A stretch of 64,000 bases of DNA from Raillietiella orientalis (Eukaryota): positions 682,001 to 746,000 of the forward strand of contig JAYWIR010000056.1 in the NCBI GenBank assembly GCA_036172245.1. Reading direction: 5' to 3'. The notes beneath the pieces were generated by a model. It saw only the letters and a list, made by a program, of their open reading frames with translations, was not told where the DNA came from and ran no database searches. The translations under genes and the position numbers were made by a program. Shown piece by piece: positions 12,701 to 24,683 of this stretch. The first letter of the stretch is position 1, and every line of letters starts with the position of its first letter.

Positions 12701-15700
12701 GAGATCCTGGACATGCGGGGAAATCTGCTGGGAAAAACCCTCGAAATTGAAGCAATAACGAACACGATTCCCGGTCCATAGGAGTGACGGACGAGACTAT
12801 CGGATCGAGTAGTCCTTCGCCTCAACCGCAAGCGCAGCTGTAGCGCTTGATGTGCGGTGAGGTTTCCACTGATGAAAGATCCCGATGATCTAGAAAGGAA
12901 AGGATGCATTCTCAGTACATCAGGAACCCTCGTCAGAGAGGTTGCAGAAAGGGCAGGATGATGGGAGATCACCCAAAAGAGAAGACCCACGCCTTCAAGG
13001 AGTGTGCCCCCGGGAAGAGTGCGGGCGCTATATGAAATGACAGAGAACGAAATAAAGGGGATGATGTGCTTTTGAATTCAAAGCAAATGGAAGAAGATCC
13101 TCTCTCGTAAGTTCAGATGAGCGCACATCCGGAGCAGGGAGAGCAGCGAGTATTCCTTAAGACGCAAGTACCGATTTGAAACATCTTTCCTCGAAAAGGG
13201 AAACGTGATCCGAAGGGCAAGTACTCTTTGAGAATGACGAGCATTGTTTAGAAAGTAGAAAGCATTGTTTAGAAAGTAGAAAGCATTGTTTAGGAAGTAG
13301 AAAGCATTGTTTAGAAAGCACCTGCGGCGCATCTTTCACTGAAAGAAATCGTTGCAGTTGTTTAAAGGGAATTTTTTTTGGTGCAACTGAAACTTCAGAG
13401 TGAAAGTGCAGTGAACAGAGGAGAGACCATTCGAATAGATCGGAAGCAGCGCAATCGGCTCGTTTGAAGGCAGAGGTCACGGCCCAGGAAATCGAAGAGC
13501 TTCTTCCTGATGCTTTCAGGTATTTCAGACGGTTTCCCAGTGGAGCCACGTGAAAATCTTGCTAGCTGACATCCGCTCCCAGGAATGTCAAATCAGGTGA
13601 AGTGCGGATAGGTCGAACATCCGATCCGTTTGCCTCCCGCCTTCAACGGCAGAAGATGGAGGCAGGAAAAAGGTCAGAATGAGAGATCTGAGATCCTCCG
13701 AGGGCCACCGAAGAGGCCGGTCGTCTCCTCGCTCCCGCACACCTCGTTAGCGCGCTCCGCCTCCGCTTCATTTTTGGTCGGGAAGAGAAGAAAAGGGAAG
13801 GAAGGGGGGAAGGAGGAGGGAAGGTTGCGTGAACTGCCAAGACACGCGCCCTGCTTCCTTTCTTGACTTGTCCTTTTCTTGCGAAGAGATGCTGATGGAC
13901 GCCTCATGGCTACAGTTGCATCCTGTCCCATAGTTGTAGGCCCTTGCTGCCCTCAGTTCACCTTGCCGCGCGCGCCCAGGCGCGGCATCGCTAGGGAACG
14001 AGGACGTCGGTGTTCCGTCTCCCGAGCTGGAGCCAGAGTTCCCGTTTCCCCGACGCGGCTCCCAGCTTCCTTCCACATCAATTGAAAGATGATGAGGTTC
14101 GTTTCTTCCCGGAGCGCTCCCCATTTTCCAGCAGCTTCTTTTATCGATGCGCGAGGTGCCATTTATTTCCTCCCGGAGGGAGTCCCCAAGATGCTTGGCG
14201 AGTTCCTCTTCTGGAGCATCATTACTAGGAGCGCTCCGCGGCAACCTCGACGTAGCGTCCGATCCTCCGCTTGGAGCCCCGCCAAGCATGACTGTCGCGG
14301 ATAAATCATGCGACGCGTCTCCGAGAAACCCATCTGATAAATAGGTTCTAGGAAATTTGGAATAGGTCCAGGAACGGTCTTCATCCTTTTCGTCTCTATC
14401 GCTCCCAGGTCCGAGGCGGCCCGTGGCCATGGCCTCCGAGGTCGGCTCCGGCCAGCGGCCGTAAATCAGTCGCGGAAAAGGGCGTCCGGAGCCCCCCCCC
14501 CCCGGAGTACGCGGTGGCAGACCCCCTCCTCTCTCCCTTTCTCCGACTCTGACCCCGAGAGTGGCTGCTTCCGGACAATATGGTTCTCCAGCCCCTTCTC
14601 TCGCCCTCCCGTTCCGTCTGACCCGCCGGCTTTGCAGGGAGCTGAGGAGCCGCTACCAGGCCTCCGAGTGGACGGGTACCGGAGGCCGCTCCGGCCACGG
14701 AGCGGTCCGGAGGCCCCGCTTCCTCCTGGAGAACCTCTCCCGCAACAGGACAGGGAAGTTTTGGCGCCCTGTGGGCTACCTGAGCCCGGGCGGCTCCAAG
14801 CTGGACGCGATCATGTGGCCGGGCGAGTCCATCGCGGGGCCGAAGGTCAATCAGCCGAGCGAGTACCGGGTGGTCACTTGCGCAGCGCCGCCCTTCCTGA
14901 TGGTCTCCCAGGAGACGCCTGGGAAGAAGTGCGTCGTGGGTGTGCCGTGCTTGAACCCGCGGCCCGGCGGCCGCGCGCCCCTGATGGAGCTCATCTCGCG
15001 CCTGCGAAACGGCGGCCTCGAGCACGCCGCGGGCAATGTGACCTGCTGCTACGGGTACGTCGTGGACCTCCTGGAGCGCGTGGCCTCCGAACTGGACTTC
15101 CGGTACGTCCTCTACCTTGTTTCGGACGGTTACTTCGGCTCCCTACGGGAGGGCCGCTGGAACGGAGTCGTGCGTGACCTCGTGGAGGGCACTGCCCACC
15201 TGAGCTTTGCCTCGCTCAGCGTGACCTCCCTGCGCTCCGAGTTCGTGGACTTCTCCTCCCCGTTCCACTTCTCGGGGGTCTCCTTCCTGGCCTCCTCCCG
15301 CTACCGGGAGGCCCCCCTGCTGGCCTTCCTCGGACCCTTCAGCCCCAGTCTCTGGATCACCATCTTCGTCAGCCTCAACCTGGTGGCCCTAGTGGCGGCC
15401 GTGTACGAGTGGTCCAGTCCTTTTGGCCTGAACCCGTGGGGCCGCCAGAGAACCAGGAACTTCAGCATCGGCTCGGCTCTGTGGGTCATGTGGGGACTCC
15501 TCTTCAGCCACCTGGTGGCCTTCAAGGCTCCCAAGTCCTGGCCCAACAAGGTTCTCATCAACCTGTGGGGCGCCTTCAGTGTCTTCTTCCTCGCCTCCTA
15601 CACGGCCAACATCGCCGCGCTCTTCGCCGGTCTGCTGTTCCAGACCACCGTCAGGGATTTCCATGATAAGACGGTGAGTCCGACGCGCTAACTGGCCCCG

Positions 15701-18700
15701 AGGGGCCATCCCTTCCGACGGGAAGCCTCCAGTTGATCCTCCGCTGCCCCACTAGGGGCAGACCCAGCAGCAGCACCCCGCCCGAGAGGCGCGTGCCAGT
15801 CGAGTCCCGTTCCGGAAGCAGTCTGGCCCTCGAACTCCCCTCCTGAGGTCTTCCCTCTCAGAGGGTCAGTACGAGGACCGAGACACCCCAGCAGGCACCT
15901 CCTGAAGGACGGTCCGCATCGCGCGGATCGATCCACGGGGAAGTCTCCCTGCGCTCCGGAAGGGGGTCGCCCAGCGGCGAGAGAGGAGCTGCGCGTGGAT
16001 CGCATGATGAACTCAGGGACAACCACCTAGCAGGCCGCGCCGGGATTGTGCCCGTTGAGGGAAGAACGTCGGCACGGTTCGTTCCGACGTCGCGACCGCG
16101 TCCCTCTCCCCTCCGCCGTGACTGACCACGGCTGACCAGGGCTTTTCCGCATGCCCAAGAAAGGAGGACAGGTGCTGCGCGAGTCGTGACCGTCCTCCTT
16201 CTTTGGGACGTCATCCGGGGTCGGCGAGGACTCCTCCTAAGAAGGGTGTCCTCTCCCCTCCCTTTCCGCCATGGGCCTCCTGCAGCCCCGTACTCTCCCT
16301 CAGGAGAAGATTCGTCACCGCCCACGTGCGCGCTTCGGACCTCCCCGAGAGTCCTCTGCTCCACAACCGTGGAAGTCGACAGCACAGTCGCGACTTCCGG
16401 TCGCACACGCCTTCGAGTGCTCGCGCGCCAGACAGCGGGGGGCGATAGTCTCCGGCAGCGGCGGGGGAAAGGGGAGGGGATATGAATTTACACTTTGATC
16501 TTAGCCAAAAGGCCGAGAAGCGATATGAATTTACAGTCTTCCTATTCCCGTCCCCTCCCTCACTTCCTCTTCTTGGGGGACTGCCAGTCGACACGAATGC
16601 ACGTCTTTGCGGGGGTTAAGTGAAGATGCGGTGTCGCCGAGGAACACGACCTTCTCTGGATCCTCCACGGCCATCCGGGGACGCGCACTGAGCGAAGATA
16701 GGCTGCGAGTTCCACGGGCAGCCAGGGAATCCTCGCACGATCATATGCCCGTCCCACTCGTGCCCTCTGGAGTGCTCGCGCATCCTCATGCTCTTTTGCG
16801 AAGAGCACCCATAACCCCGTAAAGGAGGGGGGAAGGGTGTTGCTGGAGGGGTTGCGACGCGCGCAGAGACCTCGGCTCCTGACGAGGTCGGCGCAAAACG
16901 CTGTCCTCTCCCTTCTGGAAAGCGTCGAAAGGGAGGTGGTTTCGGGCACCTTTTCTTCCATCCAGGCGCACAGCTCTTTCAGGAACGCGTGGTTTCAAAA
17001 ACCACAGAGGCTCGACAAAGCGGCGAAGGAGGACGCGCTTGTCGGGCAGAGGGAGCCGGACGGCCTTACTCAGCGGACGCCGAGACGAAGCGTTCCACGG
17101 CAGCTTACGCAAAGCTCTCAGTCGATAAAGCGGGTTCCCTCCTCCAGGATTTGTACGCGCCCCAAATTCTCTCCTCGGTCCCTCCGATTTCCGTCTTCCT
17201 TCCAACAGTTCCCGGATTCAGTTCCGAGCCAGATCGCGCAGATACCACTTGATCGCGCGGCAGATCAAGTGCATCTGTGGCATGATGAGATGCTTTCAAG
17301 TAGGCACGTCTCCTTGGTGGAGGCGACCTGCTTTCAGGCTCGCAACTGCATTCGGATGGCGTTCCCGCATTGTGGAAAACAAACAAACAAACAAACCTGA
17401 CATTCACAAACTCTTTTACTCCTCTTTCGATTTCAAAGGGCAGGAGCACGATGGCTGCTTCACCCCCCCCTCTCGTAACGAGGGAACAATGTTCGCTCCC
17501 CCTTGAAATGCTTCTTGGAATACATCGAATTGCGGTAACAATACTTGGATAACAACTCTTTTTCCTGAAATGGGTAACAATGCTTTTTCCTGAAATGGGT
17601 AACAATGCTTTTTCCTGAAATGGGTAACAATGCTTTTTCCTGAAATGGATAACAATGCTTCCGATCCGAATGTGATTCCGGCTCCGTTTGGCAACGCTTG
17701 AAATCCTCTCTGATGCTTCAGAGAGCTTTCATGGGGCAAGAGATTTGTCAGATTCTCTGGATCAATAATTTTAGACAATGTAGGATACAGGGATTTGGCT
17801 GATGTCCAGCATAGCTTAATGCTTCCCCGTCGGGGAGAAGAAGCCAGCACCCGTGCTTGCAGCCCAGTCGCTAGTGGTGGTGCTTCCTCTATCCGATTCA
17901 AGTGGCATCCACCTTTCCCTTTCCACTTTTTGCAATTTTCCCGCGTCTTTCCTCGTCTGCTTCTCAATGCTGCTGCGGCACGGGATAGTGAATTTGCAAG
18001 AATCCCCCGATTCCTTCATCGATTTTCGGTTGTGAGCCTTGGTTCCAGGATTTAGGGAAGCATCCAAGATGCGATGCGGCTTCGGGAAATTTACAAGAGA
18101 CTCTCGAATGTGCCAGCGCCTTGGAAGGAAGGCGTTACGAGCTCACAAATCTTCTGCTCTGTACTTGGGAAACCCTCAGGGAGACACAGGGACTCTTTGT
18201 TTTTTTTTTGTTTTTTTTTTTTAAAAAAAAAAAAAGGCAAAATAGCTGGAAAAAATTCAGACGTTCAGGAGTGAACTCGCGGCCTGCAATCCGACCAGAA
18301 CCTCTCGTTCATCTTTAATGGTTTTACAATGCTAAACACATTCGAGTCCACGCGCAGCTCAGAGCGACAAAACCTGCAATCCCGTGCAAGACGTTCCTTC
18401 TCCCACATTTGTAATCAGGGAAAAAGAAGGCAACATGGAAATTTTAAACGTGGTGCCTGTTCTGGATGTTCGCTTGTCTGTTCCTCCCTGCATCGGTAAT
18501 CAGGAAAGAACAGCTCTCTTGAGAGGACGCTCGAAAATTTTTCCATCCCGCGGATTCGCTCCTGTCCCGTGGCGACCGAGAGGATTCTGCGTAGCCGCTT
18601 CCGTAAAGATCCGACCCTGGAGGACGCCACGCTACACACAGGGAAGGCACCGGCTTGCAATTTCCGTCCTCCTCAGAGCGGGTACGCCGGCTGGGATCCA

Positions 18701-21700
18701 CATGCTCCCAAGGGTGAGATTCAGGTTAATTCTGAATTCATTGACTGGAGGCCAGCCAACCGGGGAATCGAGCAGCGATGGGGCATCCTCGTCCTCAGAG
18801 AAGCGACGCCTTGGAGACGAAGGAACCTTCTCTGATCCTGACTCCCCCCCCCTTCCTGATCACCTGATCAAATTCGAAGATCGAACAACCGGGGTGCAGC
18901 GATGAGAACTCGCTTCGTGGTCACGGATGGGGAGGGATTCATCCATTCTGACCCATCGGTCAGGATGAAGTTCTTCCCTGTCTTTCGGATCCACGGTAGC
19001 TGGGGCGTGCTCCTTTCCATCTCGAGACCAACTCTCAAGTGCGGGCTGCCGCCGAGGGCCGGCACGTCCCTCTCCCTCCCACGCGTCATCGGTCCGCTGC
19101 GGCCCTGCGGAAGTCACCGCTGATGTTGAGTCCCACAGTTTCTCCAGAGTGGCTCGAGGGATTTCCCTATGAAAAGCTGCGAGCCTCCTCTCTTCTGCGC
19201 TCTCTCCCAGAGGACACTCTGCACGGCTCCGGGGAAGAGGGCACCTGGGTGACGGCGGTGGAGTCCTTCCAGGGATGCTCGTATAACTGCGGAGGGGCAG
19301 GAAGGAGCTTCTTCGGCGGACCTCCCCTCCCCCCATCTCGTCTCCAAGGTAGCGCGATACCGCACCGAGATGCCGGGGTACGCGGGAGGCTGGGGGGCAC
19401 AGAGTTCACGATATGCTTACCCACGAATGCTACGGGCCACAGGGGCCACCCTCAGCATCCCTAGAGCTGCTGTTCGGCACTTCGCCAGCCACTCCTGCGG
19501 CGAGCGGATGCCGCCCGAATCCGCCGCGAGGGGCTGCTGGAGTCTCGGTCGGCGGGATGACCGAACGCCCGGTGGTCTGCGACTCGCGCGGAAGCCCCGC
19601 AGCTCCCGGCCGAGGAAGCGGCTCGTTCAGTCGGGGAGTTGCCAAGTCGATCATTGGCAGACAGAGGTCTCCGGGAAGCCCTCGAGGATCGCCTCGAGCA
19701 CTCACGCGCCGCAGAGCGACCGAACGCGCTCAGCAAGCGGAGCGGCGGGTCACGGGGGGCTCGGCCTCCGCGGATGAGACATGCGGCCCCAGAAGCGAAA
19801 GACGTGGTCGCTTCCGAACCTAGGGAGCTCGAGAGGGTGCGGGAGCCCGTGACCCTGATAAGTCCTTTCGTCTTCCTCAGAGTAGGTCGCCGGTGAAGCG
19901 AACGGGACCCTCCGCTTTGACCTTGGCTCCCTCCAGTGACTTCCCGGTGACTTCCTGTTTTGGCCGGGAAATCTCTCCGGTGACACTTGGGTCGTGAGTC
20001 CGCCCTGCGGTGCTTCGTTCCCTGCGAGGATCCCGAGACGAGTGCCCTTGTTCTCGCAAGGCAGTCTCTCATTTCATGAGGACGCTCATGAACGCGGTAG
20101 GCCCGGAGAGGTTACGAGTCACGAGACTGGAAGACGTGGCCCCGAAAGCTCTCCCACCTTACCTGGAGATGTGCAAGAAGCCCCGCTTCCTAGAATCACC
20201 CGCTCCTCTCCTGCTTGCCTTCTCTCTCCACGCTCCCGGGGGCAGCTGACCATCCCAGAACGACCTCTCTCTGCACGGAGCTTCCTGCTTGCCCTCGGGT
20301 GCGACAGAGTGTACCCGTAAACCGTGCTTCTCCCCCGCGGCGTCCCTTCGTTGCATCCCCCGCCTCCGGGTGCCGAGCACTGACGCTTCTGATGGTTTCG
20401 GAGGGGGAACAAAAGAAAACGGGGAAGAGTTTTCCTAGGATGCTGTTGCCGCCTAGGAAAACCCTTGGGGAGGAAGGAGGAGGGGAAGAACGGCGACCTC
20501 AACTCGCACCACTGGCGTCTCTTGCAGCTGCTGACGTACCGCGTGGGCACCGTGAGGAGCAGCGCCCCTGAGTACTACATCCACAAAGCCAACAGCGTCC
20601 TGGGTCAGCACATGAGGTCATATCTAACCGAGAACATGGAGGAGGCGGTGAACAAAATCCGGTGAGGGTCAGCAATGGCGCCTGCCTCCGCGGAGAGGGG
20701 CTATAGGGCATTTCCTTCCCCCCCCACTGCGCGAAGCCCGGAGCCAGTAAGGGAGGAAGAACCTCGGAAAAGACCGCCGTCTTCCCCTTTCCTCGACCTA
20801 GGATCCTCGGGAGACGGGGATGGATGCTGCGGAAGCGCTCCAGGGCGGACGGGAGCACGCCTGAGGCGAAAGAAGGCGCGCGCGGAGGGTCGCAGCACCC
20901 TTAAGGCACCCGCCCCCGTGATTCCAGATCGCCCTCGACTTGTTGCCTAGCGGCCACCGAGGAAAAGCGGCTGCTGGATGGCTCCAAGAGGAGGGAGACT
21001 CTGTTCTTTTTCCCGCGAGCTCTTGGGGACCCAAGGACCGGAGGAGAGCATGCCTCCCTAATAAGGAAAGGCAGGTCGCTGTCCCCCGGTTTTCCTTGTC
21101 TTCCATGACCTGGGCCCCTACAAGTCATGGCCCAGGTCGTGGGAGCGGTCGTGGTCGAAGATCCTGAAGACGGGGAAGAAGGGTGGCGGATGGCTGCCCC
21201 CTTCTTCCCTCTTTCATCCCTCTTGAGCTGGAGAGCGCAGGTCACTGGGCTGTGGGAAAAGTTGGGAATAGAGGGTTATGCGGGAACCACGGAGTTCCCT
21301 CAGAGGCTGCCACCGCCTCTGCAGGCCTTCCGGCAAACCACTAACCAGGGGCTCTTCTCCTCCCCGTATGCCGCCGCGCCTCCTCCGCCCATGCAGGAGT
21401 AGACAGCTCGACCTAGTCGCAGGAGACACACCCATCCTGGACTACTACCGGGGCACAGACCTCGGATGCACCCTACGCGCCATCGCGGACGAAAGCATTT
21501 CCGACGACGCCTACGCTGTCGGCTTTCACAGAGGAGTGCCTGAGGCCTTCAAGGTGAGCAGCGCCCAGGGGCGTCGGCGCGCCAAGAATTGACACCTAGC
21601 GCCTTCCTTTTCTTCCTCTTTCTTCCTCCCTCGCTTCTTCCTCCCCTTACTCCTTCTCTTCGTCCGCCACTCTTCCTCCGCCCATCTTCCTCCCTTCCTC

Positions 21701-24683
21701 TTGCTCCTTTCTTGCGCCTTACGGCCTTCCCTCCAGAGATGTTAACGGCCGTCTTGTCATCAACTAGGAGTCCGTCTCCGAAGTCATTGAAAGACACGCT
21801 GAAAGGGGATATTTTGATCATCTCCAGGAAAAATGGTTCGGCGCGCTCCCCTGCTTCCGTCTGGACTCGGGGATGTTCGAACCGAGGTCCCTCGGGGTCG
21901 GCGCGCTGGCCGGAGTGTTCCTGATGCTGGGAGTCGGCATCACCGTCAGCTGCATCATATTGCTGCTGGAGCACCTCTTCTACAAGCACATCCTGCCGTC
22001 CTTGCGAAGGAAGCCCCGGGGAGCGTTCTGGAGGTCACAGCATCTCATGCTCTTCAGTCAGGTGTGCCTCGCGCCCTGAGAAGGCGAAAGAGGAGGGGGA
22101 CGGAGACCCTGCATCCCTTCTCCATCGCCGTTCCCGGCCCGGAGTTCGCCCCGCCGTCGGCCTGCCACCTACCACGCAGATGCTACGACCTTTCCCGCCA
22201 GTGTCTACCCTCGCCTACCGTAGAGCGGGGCACCCCTCCCACGGTAGCGACCTCAGAGCTCTCCCCCTTCCGACTTCGGGGGGTTCGCACGGAGGCCGGA
22301 TGGCTGGATCCAGACCTTCCCTTTGGGCATGGGTCCCTCCGAGAAGTGGGGTCTCCGCTCCAAAGCTGCCACTGAGCTTTCCTGGAGGCGGTAACCTCTC
22401 ATTGGCTGTAGCCTATGAGCCTCCTGCTCCGGCTGTCGTCCGGAGAAACCCCTTCCTCCGAGTCCTGGAAGCCTCAACTGAAGACCTCCATGACCCGGAG
22501 GAGAGAGCAAGAGGTCGCGAGCGGCATCCGCCCCGAGCCGTCGGAGGTGCACGTGGGCGTTCTTCAGTCCCAGCCAGCGCGTCCCGAGATTCCCGTCTTC
22601 TTTCGTCTCCTCCCTAACCCCCCATCCTGCTCTCTCTTCCTCGTGTTGATCGTTTGTTGCGCTCTTCCTTTGTAGTTCGGACAACGCGCAAAAGAGGACG
22701 CTGTTCGGAGGGAGAACCTCTGTGTTCAGCCCCTCCCCGCCGAGCTCAAGAGTTCGCGCGCGCACTCTGGCTCTGCCTCTCGCTCGGAGGGATCCCCCAG
22801 GGACCTACTGAACTTCCCCGATCGTCCGGGAAGATCCAGGGTTCCGGGAAAAGCTCTTCTGCCGGTTCCCCGGTTCGCGACCGATGACCGCGCGCCCATC
22901 AGGGAGCTCTGCCCCACCGTCCTCACCATGAACAGTGCCCCCGCGTTAGGGAACCAGGCTTGCGGAGGGGAAACACGTCGTCTCCCTCCTCTTCCGGATG
23001 GAGGGATGCTGCCGCTGCTCAGCGTACGTGTCCCTGAGCCCGCGCTGCGAGCCGCCGCCAGTCCCGCACCTCTGAAGCCGCGTTCCTTGCAGAAGCTGTA
23101 CCAGTTCATCAACGTGGTGGAGCTCGTGTCCCCGCACCACTCGGCGAAGGAGCTCGCCAACTATCTGAAGACGGGCCACATCACCGGCCTCTTCCAGAAA
23201 AGCTTCAAGAAGGTGGGTGCTGGACCCTCTCCGGACAAGGGGCGCTCACCATCGTCTCTCCCGTTACGGTCCAGAAGGAGGACGAGAGGTCTAGGAGGAG
23301 GAAGAGTAAGGCCCTGTTCCTGGATGCCATCAAGGAAGCCCGGAAGTGAGTACCTTCTGCCCGCTCCAGAACCCCGCCCCCTGTACTTCGGGGAAGCCGA
23401 CGTGGTTCCCAAGGCAAAGTGGAACAACAGCTCACCGAGCGCTTCCTTACCATCTCCTCCTCCTCCTCGTTTTCCGCTTCTCCCAGCAGTTGATGGGGGG
23501 AGACGAAGACGACGAGGAGCGACTAAACGGAAGACGTTCGGCATTCCACTCTGCCGAGGGAAGGTGACGTCCACCTCGGGTGGCGGTGCGACTTCCGTGA
23601 CGTCATGACGGGCTTTACGGAGGAGCGTGCGATTTGATAGCTGAGGCAAAGCTCACAGGCTCGCAACTCGCCTTCCAGGGGCCTTGGGGAAGCTTCTCCT
23701 CCCCCTCGTTCCTTCCCTCCCCTCGTTTCATAGTCCCCTGCCCCCTCCCTCCTTCCCGCGGACGCTCGCCGTTCCAAGACGATGCTGCGCGCGCGTGTGG
23801 CGGACCTACACTTTGATCTTAGCCAAAAGGTCGAGAAGCGATGGCAGACCCGAGAACTCGATTTGACCTGTACCCTTCACGCTCTTGCAGATTGCAGATA
23901 CGGAGGAAGTCCCCGCCCGCCTCCATGGCGGCGGCGCCCAGGGGAGGCTCTGCCCGTGCGGGACCGTCGCCGACGCCCGCTGCCTCTTCAGAGAGCAACG
24001 CCTGTGGCTGCGGCGCCGGGCAGGCGGACCCCCGTCGGTGCGCGGAGGTGCGCGACTGCTTCAGGGTGACCCCCTCCAGGAAGCTCTGTTTCGTCCCGGA
24101 GGCGGCGCCCTCAGGGAAGGGGAGGGACCAGGGCATTGCTCCCTCCCCTTTCCTCCTCCCCCTCCCCTCTTCGTCCACTTCCCCGGAGCACCGTCCCACT
24201 GCCAACCCCCAGCACGGAATCTCGAGCCGCCGGAGACAAGGGCGCCAGCAGCGACGCCAGGAGGCAGCTCCCTCCAGGAGCGTGTCGCTTGAGCTGTCAA
24301 TGGGAGGGGCCGCGCGAAGCCCCCTCCGCGGAGGTGGAGTCTGGGGGAGCTGTCCCACACTTCTCTCCTCTTTGGTGGCGGCATCGGTGCTCGCCAGGGA
24401 CGACGATTCTCCGGAAGGCGCCGGCAGATGGAGCAGCCTAGGGCTGCGGGACCGCTCCGTACGGCACGGAGGGACGAACCCCTCCCAGGCGTTCGGAGCT
24501 GACCCGGAGGACCACTTGTTCCCGGTGTCGACCTTTGACCTCGAGCGCGACCGCGCTAGGTTCGACGCGCTCACCAAGGAGCAGATCTTTTTGCTGTGGA
24601 GATCACAAGAGCGGCACTTCCGACGGCTGCTGGGCACGCGGCTGCGAGGGGGTCAGGGAGCGCCTCCCGGCAGCATAGCGTGA
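9755..24683 (+). CDS. GRIN3: Ionotropic glutamate receptor, NMDA GluN3-like subunit, about 1189 aa. Exons 9755-10108, 10678-11285, 14638-15673, 20528-20661, 21397-21553, 21768-22061, 23093-23212, 23490(or 23487)-23563, 23891-24683
   Basis: Signal peptide MAASCLLATLLALA; S1 CCYGYVVDLL, WNGVVRDL, SVTSLRSEFVDFS; YEWSSPFGLNPWGRQR; M2 WGLLFSH; M3 SYTANIAA; S2 GDTPILDYY, DAYAVG, LQEKWF; M4 LAGVFLMLGVG. All introns GT-AG with consistent phases (3570 nt total). The last two exons are the least certain. Confidence 0.9.
12400..13600 (-). mobile_element. Probable decayed LINE ORF2 fragment in receptor intron 2
   Basis: RLKYL (KYLG-like) followed by LQRFL..K.P.V....L.K, similar to the post-RT region; interrupted by a 21-nt tandem repeat. 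Confidence 0.35.
13240..13318. repeat. 21-nt minisatellite, about 3.7 copies
   Basis: Unit GCATTGTTTAGAAAGTAGAAA. Confidence 0.95.
16489..16524 (-). pseudogene. RNU2: 3'-truncated U2 snRNA copy (nt 1-36) with target-site duplication
   Basis: Minus strand reads ATCGCTTCTCGGCCTTTTGGCTAAGATCAAAGTGTA, the U2 5' end; flanked by direct repeat GATATGAATTTACA (16479-16492 and 16522-16535, overlapping the insert ends). Confidence 0.93.
16800..18750 (-). mobile_element. Probable decayed LINE ORF2 fragments in receptor intron 3
   Basis: Endonuclease-end-like segment (SSRVG..; GTGGCGACCGAG shared with the 52.8 kb element) followed by broken RT-like frames. Confidence 0.35.
17547..17660. repeat. 25-nt minisatellite, about 4.5 copies
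   Basis: Unit GGTAACAATGCTTTTTCCTGAAATG. Confidence 0.95.
23806..23842 (-). pseudogene. RNU2: 3'-truncated U2 snRNA copy (nt 1-37, one substitution) with probable target-site duplication
   Basis: Minus strand reads ATCGCTTCTCGACCTTTTGGCTAAGATCAAAGTGTAG; flanks TGGCGGACC (23798-23806) and TGGCAGACC (23842-23850). Confidence 0.9.

Noticed and set aside
13240..17660. CRISPR-like arrays
   Set aside because: Head-to-tail tandem units without unique spacers, in eukaryotic introns.
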